A DNA stretch of 64,000 bases. Origin: Candidatus Bathyarchaeota archaeon (lineage in GTDB: Archaea > Thermoproteota > Bathyarchaeia > Bathyarchaeales > Bathycorpusculaceae). The stretch is taken from contig CAWHXY010000004.1 in assembly GCA_963833575.1 (NCBI GenBank), positions 1-64,000 on the forward strand, given 5' to 3'. Positions 49,884 to 62,766 of the stretch are shown in pieces. Each line of letters opens with the position of its first letter. The first letter of the stretch is position 1. The notes under the pieces were generated by a model. That model did no database searches. It was not told the DNA's origin and saw nothing but the letters and a program-made list of their open reading frames with translations. The position numbers and the translations under genes are program-made.

Positions 49884-50486
49884 ATGCTGTTTACCATTGA
49901 GTTCATAATTACTTTCCTTGTTGCTTTTGGCTTAAACTTGATACCCTTCTTTGGCCCCTCAAACCTTTTAATAGCATCCACAGCAGCGATCGGCATGGTA
50001 AATGCTGACGCTACCGCCCTACTTACAATAGCTTTTCTTATCGCATTGGCAGCAGCCTTAGCAAAAGGCATCCATTACTTAATCACTTTCTTTGTCAGCG
50101 GACACCTAAGCGAGAAAAGTCAAAAGCGACTTGATTTAGAAGCGGGAAAGATCAAGCGCTGGGCTTTTCTGCTGCTCTATTTAGTTGCTGCAACACCCAT
50201 TCCTGATGAACCAGTCGTTATACCATTGGGGCTAATGAAGTATAGTCCACCTAAATTTTTCCTATCATATTTCTTAGGCAAAATTACGATAACTGTTGCA
50301 GGAGCGCTTCTGGGCAGTTGGGTAGAAGCCAACTTTTCAGGTTTATTTAGTCCTATAGAAATGGTTGCGCTTTCCATAGCTCTGACAGTTGTCATCACAA
50401 TTATAATGTTTAAAGTGGATGTAGGTAAGGAAACAGATAAGGTAATAAAGAAATTAAGAGGCAATAAAAAACAAATAAGTGACTAG
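49884..50486 (+). CDS. DedA/VTT-like membrane protein
   Basis: N.IPF.GP, ATP.PDE....P.G...Y...KF......GK. Confidence 0.75.
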   Translation: MLFTIEFIITFLVAFGLNLIPFFGPSNLLIASTAAIGMVNADATALLTIAFLIALAAALAKGIHYLITFFVSGHLSEKSQKRLDLEAGKIKRWAFLLLYLVAATPIPDEPVVIPLGLMKYSPPKFFLSYFLGKITITVAGALLGSWVEANFSGLFSPIEMVALSIALTVVITIIMFKVDVGKETDKVIKKLRGNKKQISD

Positions 50487-50988
50487 TATGCCGACAAAAC
50501 AAAGACGATACGCCCTAAAGGCAAAAGAAGCAAAACAAATTTTAGATGAGTCCTCAAAAACGTTAAAACTCGACATGCAAACGCTTTTCGGTAAATCAAC
50601 CGTGGAAGTTGTGGAATCCGACGTAGGCGAAATCTACCTTATCGGCGGAAAACCCTTACTCTACAAAGCCGGCGACAAGATTCTACCCACCCTACACTTC
50701 ACCGAGTTCACCTCCAAAACACCCAAAATAGTGGTTGACATGGGGGCTATTCCATACGTTTGCAAGGGCGCAACCGTTATGGCTCCAGGTATCGTGCGTA
50801 TTGAAGGAGAATTTGGTAAAGGCGAGATTGTTTTGGTTGTAGATATGAAGTTTTGCAAAGCATTGGCGTTGGGCGAAAGCCTTTTGGATTCAACTTTGGC
50901 AAAGCAAACCAAAAAAGGCCCAATAGCTAAGACGCTGCATTACGTTAGCGATAAAATCTGGGACTTCACCAAAACACTGATCGAATAA
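50479..50988 (+). CDS. PUA-domain RNA-binding protein (DUF1947/MCT-1-like)
   Basis: VVDMGAI...CKGA.VMAPG, HYV.D.IW. Confidence 0.9.
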   Translation: MTSMPTKQRRYALKAKEAKQILDESSKTLKLDMQTLFGKSTVEVVESDVGEIYLIGGKPLLYKAGDKILPTLHFTEFTSKTPKIVVDMGAIPYVCKGATVMAPGIVRIEGEFGKGEIVLVVDMKFCKALALGESLLDSTLAKQTKKGPIAKTLHYVSDKIWDFTKTLIE

Positions 50989-51128
50989 TTTCGCCACTTA
51001 ATCCCCGCAAGGCGGATTTCAGAAAAATTAAAAATCTAAAATTTTGTCTTTTTTAGAATCTCAACAGATATAGCGCATAGAAATGTTAAAGAAAAGAAAA
51101 TTAACCCTTGGCTATATTGCTAATGCTT

Positions 51129-51145
51129 AATTGGGCTTTGACGTA
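51129..51145. repeat. 16S pre-rRNA processing stem, 3' arm (pairs with 52821-52837)
   Basis: AATTGGGCTTTGACGTA is the exact reverse complement of TACGTCAAAGCCCAATT. Confidence 0.85.
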
Positions 51146-51207
51146 CCTTTGTGGGTTCGTATGCTTTCCTTGCTCCTCCAGTTAAGCACTCTTCATGCTT
51201 TTTACTT

Positions 51208-52702
<1,495 letters not shown>

Positions 52703-53406
52703 TATGCACTCCAAGTTAATTTCTGCGGATCTTCTCTATCTTGTTTTTTGTGTGGTACGTTCTGCACTATTCGCATGATTTATGCCTAACTGGATTTGGA
52801 GGGAAAAACATTCCACTCAATACGTCAAAGCCCAATTCAGACCTAACTGAGCAATTAGTCAGGTCCACATTCGTGTCCCCGCAATTGGAGGCCAACTCCG
52901 TCATTCCTGCAAGGCAATCGCCGTTTCGGTAGGGGTTGAGCCGCCGCCATGTGAAAATTGCGGGGCTAGCAATTATAGCTGAATTCTAACAGAAGCCTAG
53001 TCAACTGATATAAACATTTCTTTTCATTCAATTGAACACTCTTCGATAACCCTCTGTGTACAAATTTTTTGGAGACGTTAAATTTTTGAATAATATATCC
53101 CATCTTTCGCCTTTTTTGTTCAAAAATGAGACTAAAAAAACGTGAATGCAACCTTTTGCTCACTATTTATTGTGAGTTAACAGATCTTATTTCCTTATAC
53201 TTTCAAGAGTACTTCTGAGTAATGTTTCTGTAATTGTTTCTTATATTGAAGATTTTATTATCCGCATTGCAGGTGAATTTGCCGCCGGAATCAGTTTTGA
53301 GTCTATATTTAAGCGCGCGGTTCTAAGCAAAAAATTCATCTTCTGTTTAAATTCTTAAAATGTCTTCTTAGAACGTTTTTAATTATGTTTTTATTATCGA
53401 TCTAGT

Positions 53407-53547
53407 TTGCCCCTGTTTGAATGTAGAGTGTGCGGTCGCAAAACACGAGTGGACTATGATATTAGCTGTACAGGTGACGTCAAGCGTAATGTTGAGAAAT
53501 CACCTTGGTGTTGCGGCCAACCTATGATTGAGGCAATTGATGATTAA
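53407..53547 (+). CDS. Desulforedoxin-like small metal-binding protein (46 aa), not in ORF track
   Basis: MPLFECRVCG...PWCCGQPM. Confidence 0.7.
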   Translation: MPLFECRVCGRKTRVDYDISCTGDVKRNVEKSPWCCGQPMIEAIDD

Positions 53548-53699
53548 CAAAAGCCAAACGATACGATTTCATATCGTTCAGTTCTTATTTCGCGTTATCC
53601 GACACGATTTTATATCGGTTGGCGAAGACGAAGTTTAGCAAATCAGGAAAAAATAGCATTGCTCCGCTTTCGTTATTATCAGCATTAAGTTGGGTCTTG

Positions 53700-54047
53700 C
53701 TATATTGTGTAGTTGTCGCCGGTTTTGTCCTCTTCGGCGACATAAAAAGTAGAGCAGAGTTTACAAAAATCAAGTGTCACCTCAGCCCATGTTGTTTTTT
53801 GATTTGCTAGTTGTTTAGCGATTTTTTTTGCTTCTGCTTGTATTCTAGGCAGGATGTCGTTGAATTGTTCGTTGCCTTTTGAGGCGCGTTTGGAGGTTAG
53901 GTATTGGCTGACTGCTGCTTGGGTGGTTTTGAGTTTTTTTGCCGCTTCAACCTGTGTTAAATGATAAGTGTTAATGAGTTCTTTAGCTACAAGGGACCTG
54001 AATAGAGGAAGCACGAATTTTCCAATGCTTTCGCATCGAGCAGTCAT
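53700..54047 (-). CDS. HTH transcriptional regulator (COG2522-like)
   Basis: CE......LP..R...AKEL.....TQ...A..L.TTQAAVSQY...KR; C-terminal CxxC. Confidence 0.85.
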   Translation of the reverse strand: MTARCESIGKFVLPLFRSLVAKELINTYHLTQVEAAKKLKTTQAAVSQYLTSKRASKGNEQFNDILPRIQAEAKKIAKQLANQKTTWAEVTLDFCKLCSTFYVAEEDKTGDNYTI

Positions 54048-54127
54048 TTTTGTTCGGCATTATAACAGCATTATAACCTAATAAATTAAATGGAGAGCCC
54101 ATAACCATGCTTTTCTTATGAGTGAAG

Positions 54128-54682
54128 TTAGAGCATTCTCAATAAATCGGCTTTAGTGATTATGCCTTCAACGTTTCCTTTTTTTGCCACCAAAACTGCC
54201 TGATACGTTTGCAAGAGGCTAGAAATTAGAGACAAAGGTGCATCTTCGGCAACTTGAGGGAAAGCTTCCTCCATAATGTTTTCTATGGGCAGATTAGAGA
54301 TTTGTTCCAAATCTTTGCCAGCCAAAATCTCGCGCAAAATCGTTTTTTCAGAAATGCTCCCTACAGACTGTTTGCCGTTAAACACAGGAATCTGGGAGTA
54401 ACCGTGCTCTTTCATGAGCGTGACAACCTTCAAAATGGGCTCATTTTTCTGTACGCTTATAACTTGGTTTGGCACAACTTTTCTTTCTTGAATTTTGGTT
54501 TTAGCCTCTAGCCTTTCGATAACATCGAAGATTGTTCGTACTTTGGTGAATGATGAGTCGATGGTTCCCGCTTCTAGCTTGGCGATTAAAGATTGACTTA
54601 CTCCCGCCATTTTGGCTAGTTCTGACTGTTTTAGGCCCAGTTGGCGTCTGCGTTTTGCGATGTCATCTAAGGTTGGGAACAT
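54128..54682 (-). CDS. HTH-CBS-pair transcriptional regulator (COG3620-like)
   Basis: RR..LG..Q.ELA..AGVSQSLIAK.E.G, then CBS 'SQIPV' and 'GIIT.ADL'. Confidence 0.9.
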   Translation of the reverse strand: MFPTLDDIAKRRRQLGLKQSELAKMAGVSQSLIAKLEAGTIDSSFTKVRTIFDVIERLEAKTKIQERKVVPNQVISVQKNEPILKVVTLMKEHGYSQIPVFNGKQSVGSISEKTILREILAGKDLEQISNLPIENIMEEAFPQVAEDAPLSLISSLLQTYQAVLVAKKGNVEGIITKADLLRML

Positions 54683-54780
54683 AGTTTAATAACTGGTTGC
54701 TTGAAGTAATATTCTTTTTGGAATATTTTTGTCAAAAACTAATATAACGCCGTTATGCAATATTGCCCTGTAAAAGGTGA

Positions 54781-56088
<1,308 letters not shown>

Positions 56089-56097
56089 CCCCCATTT

Positions 56098-57243
56098 GTG
56101 GAGGAAACAAAATTAGCAGACGCTAATCAAACACTTGAGAACAAAGAAACAAAATACTTCACATTCGTTAACCCACCAGAGGAGCTGCGTCTTGAATCTG
56201 GCGAGAAGTTAGGTCCAATAACGATTGCTTACGAAACTTATGGGGAGTTAAACGCACACAAATCAAACGCGATTCTTGTCCTTCATGCCCTCTCAGGCGA
56301 TGCCCATGCCGCTGGAATTAGCGGTTGGTGGGGCAGTTTAATTGGTCCGGACAAAGGCTTAGACACAAACAAGTATTTTGTAATCTGCTCCAACGTTATT
56401 GGAGGTTGCCAGGGCTCAACGGGTCCCTCTTCAACGAATCCAAAAACAGGTGAACCTTACGGCACTGATTTCCCACTAGTAACGATTACCGATATGGTTA
56501 ATGCTCAAATTCACTTAATTGATCACTTAGGCATAGAAAAACTGCTAGCCGTCGTTGGTGGGTCAATGGGTGGTATGCAAGTTCTGCAGTGGATGGTCGC
56601 CTACCCAGAACGAATTCGATCGGCAATATCCATCGCCACAACTTTGAAGCATACGCCTCAGCAAATAGCTTTCAATGAAGTTGGTCGCCAAGCAATTATG
56701 GCCGACCCTGACTGGAAAAAAGGGCACTACTATAACTCATTGGTTCCTGCGAAAGGTTTAGCGGTGGCACGAATGATTGGACACATAACGTACATGAGTG
56801 ATTCTTCAATGGCTGAAAAGTTTGGCAGACGCGTCCGTGAAGACAAGGAGCCGTTCAAATTTAGCGCAGAATTTGAGGTGGAAGGCTATTTACAGTATCA
56901 GGGAGACAGCTTCGTTAAACGATTTGATGCCAACTCATATCTCTACATAACCAAAGCCATAGATTACTTCAACATCCTAAACGGAAACAAGAACTTATGT
57001 AACATCTTCAAGGGCTTAAAAGCTAAAGTGCTGGTAATATCATTCAAATCTGACTGGCTATACCCATCTTACCAATCTCAAGACATTATGAAAGCCTGCA
57101 AACTATCAGGTGTCGACACTACCTACTGCGAAATAAACTCAACTTACGGGCATGATTCATTCCTTCTGGAAACAGAGCAAGAAACACAATTAATCAAACA
57201 TTTCCTAAACACTGTATCAAATGATCATAACGGCGGTAAATAA
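56098..57243 (+). CDS. metX: Homoserine O-acetyltransferase
   Basis: [27 protein letters not shown]. Confidence 0.95.
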   Translation: MEETKLADANQTLENKETKYFTFVNPPEELRLESGEKLGPITIAYETYGELNAHKSNAILVLHALSGDAHAAGISGWWGSLIGPDKGLDTNKYFVICSNVIGGCQGSTGPSSTNPKTGEPYGTDFPLVTITDMVNAQIHLIDHLGIEKLLAVVGGSMGGMQVLQWMVAYPERIRSAISIATTLKHTPQQIAFNEVGRQAIMADPDWKKGHYYNSLVPAKGLAVARMIGHITYMSDSSMAEKFGRRVREDKEPFKFSAEFEVEGYLQYQGDSFVKRFDANSYLYITKAIDYFNILNGNKNLCNIFKGLKAKVLVISFKSDWLYPSYQSQDIMKACKLSGVDTTYCEINSTYGHDSFLLETEQETQLIKHFLNTVSNDHNGGK

Positions 57244-57848
57244 TGACGCAGGCAACACTGAAAGCAGAACACAAAATCATTCTCGGGTGGATACCTAAAG
57301 AAGCCTCAGTGCTTGACCTTGGATGCGGCGATGGCGAACTATTATCGCTTCTCATAAGCGAGAAGCAGGTGCATGCTCAGGGAGTGGAACTAAGCGAAAG
57401 CTCTATCCACCGTTGCATAGCACAAGGACTAAGCGTCTTTCAACAGGACATAGACACTGGATTATCTGAATACGCCGACAATTCATTCGATTACGTTATA
57501 CTTAACCAGACACTGCAGCAGGTGAAGAGGCCAGACTTCGCATTAAAAGAGGCTTTACGCGTCGGAAAGAAGGCGATTGTTGGCTTCCCAAATTTTGTGC
57601 AAGCTTCCGCTAGATTCCAAATATTTTTCAAAGGAAGAGTTCCAGTAACGAAAGCCTTGCCTTATGAGTGGTATAACACTCCGAACCTACATTTTCTCGG
57701 CATCTCTGACTTTAGGATTTATTGCAAAAAGAGCAATATCCGCGTAGAAAATGCGGCTTTTATTCGAAAAGATAACATTGTCAAGCTGTTTCCAAACTTG
57801 TTTGCAGAAATTGGGCTATTTCTTTTGTCGGCAAAATTCTTGCTTTAG
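57243..57848 (+). CDS. metW: Methionine biosynthesis protein MetW
   Basis: VLDLGCGDG.L, L.QTLQ, FPNF, LPYEWY.TPN.H; follows metX. Confidence 0.93.
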   Translation: MTQATLKAEHKIILGWIPKEASVLDLGCGDGELLSLLISEKQVHAQGVELSESSIHRCIAQGLSVFQQDIDTGLSEYADNSFDYVILNQTLQQVKRPDFALKEALRVGKKAIVGFPNFVQASARFQIFFKGRVPVTKALPYEWYNTPNLHFLGISDFRIYCKKSNIRVENAAFIRKDNIVKLFPNLFAEIGLFLLSAKFLL

Positions 57849-57866
57849 ACAATTAAAACTTGGTTT

Positions 57867-58682
57867 CTATTGAAAAGTCACTATTGGGTGATTTGTATTC
57901 TCAGAACTAAATGATGCTGAGTTCCACATGTTTTCGAAATAGCTTTTACCTAAAGCGATGAGGCTAGGGTTGTTAGACCATAAGGCAGATGTTTCCAAAG
58001 TGCCAGTTGCAGATGTAATAATCATTACTTCTTTTTCATCAATTAAAAGGATTAAGGCTGGAGGCGGTGTAGATAGAAACCTTGTAACTGCTCCTGCTTG
58101 TTTCTCAATCGCCATTATTTCTTCCAAAGCCATATTAATTGAGGTTAGTTTTTCGCTGACAACTCGAATTTTTACGCCTCTTTGCAGTGATTGCATGCGT
58201 GAATCAAAAAATTCAACGACAGCCCTAGGGAACCTTTTTCTTGAAGTAACAATATCAAGGCTCAACTGAACATTACTAGTAACATTATTTATTTTTTGGA
58301 TAACAGCTTGATTTCCTGGAATGAGTATAAATTCAGAGGTCTCTTCTTCCAGTTGCTGTTTTTTGGTTTCACTTTCAGACGATAGTTTATTTGCTTTATT
58401 AATCAATTCATTATATTGCAGCATTTTATTTTCCGCTAAAATTGATACCCCAAGTTTTAAGGGAGTGGGTTTGAACATTGTTGGAGATGTAATGCTTTTT
58501 TCTACTAGGCCAATGTTTTGAAGCGTAGGCATTATTCGATAAACATCTTGTCGCGTTATGTTTGTTTTTTTTGAGATTTCCTTAGCGGTTGAAAGACGCG
58601 CTGAACCAAGAAGGGCGACGTAAATTCTTGCTTGGTTAAGGGTTAGTCCCAGTTCAGTTAAGGTTTCTGTTATCGCTTCCAT
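57867..58682 (-). CDS. TrmB-family transcriptional regulator
   Basis: L..LGLT..QA..Y..L, R.DVYR....L...GLVE; C-terminal 'YFE.MW'. Confidence 0.88.
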   Translation of the reverse strand: MEAITETLTELGLTLNQARIYVALLGSARLSTAKEISKKTNITRQDVYRIMPTLQNIGLVEKSITSPTMFKPTPLKLGVSILAENKMLQYNELINKANKLSSESETKKQQLEEETSEFILIPGNQAVIQKINNVTSNVQLSLDIVTSRKRFPRAVVEFFDSRMQSLQRGVKIRVVSEKLTSINMALEEIMAIEKQAGAVTRFLSTPPPALILLIDEKEVMIITSATGTLETSALWSNNPSLIALGKSYFENMWNSASFSSENTNHPIVTFQ

Positions 58683-58837
58683 GATCTCTCTTATCGAGGG
58701 TTTATTCGCCCTATGTTAATATTTTCCCAAATATGACCCCTGTTAGTGTTGGCAAACACTTGTACTAAATTAAATCTTCTTCCTGACTGTGTAATTCTGG
58801 AGATCAAAATACATAGTCCTCAGTTTTAGAAGGGGGA

Positions 58838-59866
58838 TTGTTGTCAACACAAAAACAAAACTTAGCAACGGCGCCATATTCAAAAAGCAAATCTACGAAA
58901 GTTAGACGTGCCATCTCTATAATTCAATCCCAGGGACTTACTTACTACTCCCAAAATTACCTTAAAAGAAGATTATACAATAGATTTTTACAGAAAAAAC
59001 TGCACGCAACATTAAACGATTGTGGCTGGAAGGAAATTAACTTTAAAGCTTTAAACCTGCACGGTTCAGCAAAGATCCTTCTAAACCCGTCAGATATGGG
59101 TTTTTCAAGGGAATTCAACGTTTACGGTTTCCGCGAACCCTTAAACACTTACGCATTCTTCTGCGATGTGGCCAAAAAGAAGCCTGTGGTTTTGGACATA
59201 GGCGGAAACCTAGGATATTTTTCACTAATTGAGCTACAAGCAGGCGCTAAAAAAGTCATTTCAGTGGAGCCTGTTCCATCCACATTTGGGTTGCTTACTA
59301 GGACATTGGAAAAATATAAAGAGGCTGAACCTTTGAACATTGCAATTTCAGACCACAAAGAAAGTCTGAAATTGTATGTTGGGATTGATCGTAATGTGAC
59401 TTCTTCGTTTAGACAACTATTTGTTGATACTGGTCATTTATTGGCATATGAGATTATGGCGACGGCGGAAACACTTCAGAGCATGGAGGAGAAGTATCCG
59501 ATAACTATGATCAGGATGGACGTGGAAGGACATGAATACCGCATACTGTCGGAGCGTATCCCTGACCAAATTGACAGCATAAATATTGAACTACATGTTC
59601 TGCCTCCCTTCAACAAAAAACATGCAGTTAATCTTCTTCGATGCCTAAATAGCCAAAACTTCAAGGTTCATACGGCAATAAACGAGATGAACTATGAATA
59701 TTATGATTTTGTTCAAAGATTTGGATTAAAAAGGGGTTACACGTTGGCAAGAACGCTTGGTTCGAAATTAACTGTTTGCCCATGTATTCAAGTTAACCCT
59801 TCGTTTCAAGAAATAGTTGCTAAGATTCCTGAGCGAGGCCAAATTCATCTAACATTTGAAAGATAA
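58838..59866 (+). CDS. FkbM-family methyltransferase
   Basis: LDIGGNLGY, VEP, MDVEGHE, IELH. Confidence 0.85.
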   Translation: MLSTQKQNLATAPYSKSKSTKVRRAISIIQSQGLTYYSQNYLKRRLYNRFLQKKLHATLNDCGWKEINFKALNLHGSAKILLNPSDMGFSREFNVYGFREPLNTYAFFCDVAKKKPVVLDIGGNLGYFSLIELQAGAKKVISVEPVPSTFGLLTRTLEKYKEAEPLNIAISDHKESLKLYVGIDRNVTSSFRQLFVDTGHLLAYEIMATAETLQSMEEKYPITMIRMDVEGHEYRILSERIPDQIDSINIELHVLPPFNKKHAVNLLRCLNSQNFKVHTAINEMNYEYYDFVQRFGLKRGYTLARTLGSKLTVCPCIQVNPSFQEIVAKIPERGQIHLTFER

Positions 59867-59987
59867 AACATAGAATATCCGTTCCAAAGATCGAAGTTAT
59901 TCATGGGACGTTTGTTGTTGTGTTGCTACAACCACTTAGTTTTAAGAGCACCAAGAACCAAGCAAGTATGCGCAGACTTACTCAAGA

Positions 59988-61556
59988 ATGATAACTATGG
60001 AAACCATAATTTCTCCAAAATTTAAACGAACAACTGGGAAAGAGGTTTGGCGAGAAAACCTGCGTCTATCTATTTTTGCAGCTGACAAAATCAGGAGTAC
60101 ACTGGGTCCACAGGGCGCATACAAATTGGTTTCGTACAACCGTGGTCCCGAACAAGTAGTCAAGATTACCAAGGATGCTATTGCAATTCTAGATGAACTT
60201 GCAATTCAATACCCTCCTGCCGTCATCATTGCCGAAGCTGCCAAGATGCAACGTGAAGAAGCTGGGGATGGGGTAGCATCTTTTGTTATACTGTTATCTG
60301 CTCTTCTGAAAAGGGCGGATGTGCTCTTGTCCAATAAAATACATGCTAACATCATAATTCATGGTTACAGATTAGCGCAAGATCACGCGTTGGAAGTTAT
60401 AGACAAAAAGGCTGTGGTTTACAACGGTAGAAAGGAAGACGTTTTAGACGTTGTTGACTGCAAAAGAAAGCTCTTAACATCAAATTTGCGATTAATGATA
60501 ATTCAAGCTTACCCGCTAGCTTTTTCGGAAGGGAGATTTGATAAGGAAAATATTAGATTTTTAAAGAAAACAGGCGGCAGCATCCAGGAATCAAACTTGA
60601 TCAAAGGAGTCGTCATAAAAAAAGAAAAGGCACATCCTAACATGCCCGACAGGATGGAAAACTTGCGAATAGCCATTACCAATGAAAGACCAGGAATAAA
60701 CCGTTTGGATGTTAAAATGAAGGGAGAAGGTCCAGCTCAGATCAAATTAAATATTAAGAACGCAGACCAAATAAGAAAATACAAAGACGCTGAAAACAAG
60801 CTAAGATTTCAATCTTTAGACAAAATGGTTGCGCTAAAAGCAAACGTTTTGCTATGCGAACAACCAATCGACGAAAGTTTGAAAGATAAACTTCTTTTCG
60901 ATGGGATTTTTACTCTTGAAAGAGTTGACCAGAAAGATACGCAGGCAGTTGCCAAAGCTACAGGCGCCAAAATTGTAGGAAAACTTGCAGACCTAACGGA
61001 AGAGGATTTAGGTAGAGCAGATGAGCTATTTACAGACAGAATAGCGCTTGAAAAAACAGTTACTTTCCAAGGGTGTAAAGGAGCAGCCTTTGTGCTCAGA
61101 GGAAACACTACTCAAACAATTGATGAACTTGAAACTGCAATCCGCAACAGCCTGACACTTCTAAAAGTTTTGGACGATGACGACAGGGTCTTACCTGGCA
61201 GTGGAGCAGCTGAAGTTCACATCGCAGAAGAGCTCAAACAGTATGCAAAGGACTTTGCAAGCAGGGAACAAATTGCGATTGAATCATTCGGAGATGCGTT
61301 GATGGATATTCCAACTTGCTTAGCTGAAAATTATGGTTTAAACCCTACCGACATCCTGCCTGAATTAAGAAAGTGTCATGCTGAAGGGCTTAGCAACTAC
61401 GGTGTATCTGAACAAAGGTGCAGTGAAATGGTTTGCTCAGAACCAATTAAAGTGAAGCATTCGATAATTAGGAGGGCTTATGAGGTTTCATCTATGATGC
61501 TCCAGATAGATGAACTGTTAATCTCAAAAGAGATTCCCAAATTCCATAAAAAATAG
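59988..61556 (+). CDS. Divergent group II chaperonin (thermosome-like)
   Basis: STLGP.G..K, GDG, 'S.LI.G.VI.K...HP.MP', LRG, G.GA.E, IP..LAEN.G, ML.ID. Confidence 0.88.
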   Translation: MITMETIISPKFKRTTGKEVWRENLRLSIFAADKIRSTLGPQGAYKLVSYNRGPEQVVKITKDAIAILDELAIQYPPAVIIAEAAKMQREEAGDGVASFVILLSALLKRADVLLSNKIHANIIIHGYRLAQDHALEVIDKKAVVYNGRKEDVLDVVDCKRKLLTSNLRLMIIQAYPLAFSEGRFDKENIRFLKKTGGSIQESNLIKGVVIKKEKAHPNMPDRMENLRIAITNERPGINRLDVKMKGEGPAQIKLNIKNADQIRKYKDAENKLRFQSLDKMVALKANVLLCEQPIDESLKDKLLFDGIFTLERVDQKDTQAVAKATGAKIVGKLADLTEEDLGRADELFTDRIALEKTVTFQGCKGAAFVLRGNTTQTIDELETAIRNSLTLLKVLDDDDRVLPGSGAAEVHIAEELKQYAKDFASREQIAIESFGDALMDIPTCLAENYGLNPTDILPELRKCHAEGLSNYGVSEQRCSEMVCSEPIKVKHSIIRRAYEVSSMMLQIDELLISKEIPKFHKK

Positions 61557-61621
61557 CAAAAACGAAAACTGATGGAAGAAAGCAGTCTAAAATCAAAGCC
61601 ACAAAAGCCAATAACTTTTGT

Positions 61622-62053
61622 TTAGTTTGGCATTGTAAAGTAGACGACCGCGCCTAAGGCAATGCTAGTAAGCCATAGAATAGCTGTAATAACCATCCAT
61701 TTCTTAGTGTTTTTCGGCAGATCATTGAATGCAAAAATTAGCGTCAGAGCCATAGCAGGAAATCCTATTACGGCATGAACAATTTGTGTGATTGAGAAGG
61801 CTGAAGTTGGGTTCATGTTTGGGTTGATGTAGAAGAAGACAAGTGAAGGGAGCATTACCACCAATGCCGCAATCAAGGTTAAACCAACGGCACCTGTCAT
61901 AATCCAACGGTGAAGCTGAAAAGAGTCTTTGTTTTTTATTTTTCCGAAAGCAAATCCTATGATTCCTAATCCAAGAGCAACGAATACTAGCATTAGAGAT
62001 TCTTGTTGCAATAGAGGAGGAACAACCATATTAGCGCCCGCACTCATGCTCAA
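61622..62053 (-). CDS. DUF420-like membrane protein
   Basis: Four TMs, 'H..IM', 'H...G', 'LW......G..VY'. Confidence 0.6.
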   Translation of the reverse strand: MSMSAGANMVVPPLLQQESLMLVFVALGLGIIGFAFGKIKNKDSFQLHRWIMTGAVGLTLIAALVVMLPSLVFFYINPNMNPTSAFSITQIVHAVIGFPAMALTLIFAFNDLPKNTKKWMVITAILWLTSIALGAVVYFTMPN

Positions 62054-62197
62054 AACTTGGTTCTCCTTAAGAAAGAATCACATTCGGTCGTAATATACTT
62101 CTTTGTGACTGTGCGAAAGCAACCACAACAGTTAAAACTTGCTTTTCCCTTAATTTCGATTTAGTATTTTAGAGCTCATTTTTCAGGTGAAAACTAA

Positions 62198-62734
62198 ATG
62201 ATGACTCAAACCCCAAAAAAAAGTAATATCGCTTGGTATATTGCTGCAGTACTCATCATAATTGTCATAATTGCGTCAAGTGGTCTTACGTATCAATATA
62301 CTAAACCAAACAGTCCTTCACCATCGCCAACCTCATCAACATCTCCTTCAGGATCACCGTCGGCGGGAAGCGTAACTATAACGATTTACGCAGGTGAAAT
62401 AAATTCGTCAGTATACGGTTTTGGAAATACAGAAAGCAACATAACTTCGCCAGGGCCAACATTTACAGTTAAAGTTGGAACGACAGTCACAGTTGACTTT
62501 ACGAATGCAGGAACCATGCAGCATAATTGGGCTTTAGTTACTGAAAAAACCGCTGGAAACACCAATTTAGCTTTCAGCAAAGCTCAAATCGCATCGGGAA
62601 GCTACGCCGTTTCGCCGGGAGGAAAAGGGTCAGCAACATTCGTGGCCAATAAGGCAGGAACATATTACTATATTTGCCAAGTAGATGCACATGTAGTGCT
62701 AGGAATGTGGGGAACATTCATAGTGACCCCATAA
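62198..62734 (+). CDS. Membrane-anchored type-1 blue copper protein (sulfocyanin/rusticyanin-like)
   Basis: N-terminal TM, Ser/Pro linker, HN, G.Y.Y.CQV..H...GM. Confidence 0.85.
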   Translation: MMTQTPKKSNIAWYIAAVLIIIVIIASSGLTYQYTKPNSPSPSPTSSTSPSGSPSAGSVTITIYAGEINSSVYGFGNTESNITSPGPTFTVKVGTTVTVDFTNAGTMQHNWALVTEKTAGNTNLAFSKAQIASGSYAVSPGGKGSATFVANKAGTYYYICQVDAHVVLGMWGTFIVTP

Positions 62735-62766
62735 AGCCCAACATAATTTTCTCAAGATGGAAAATG

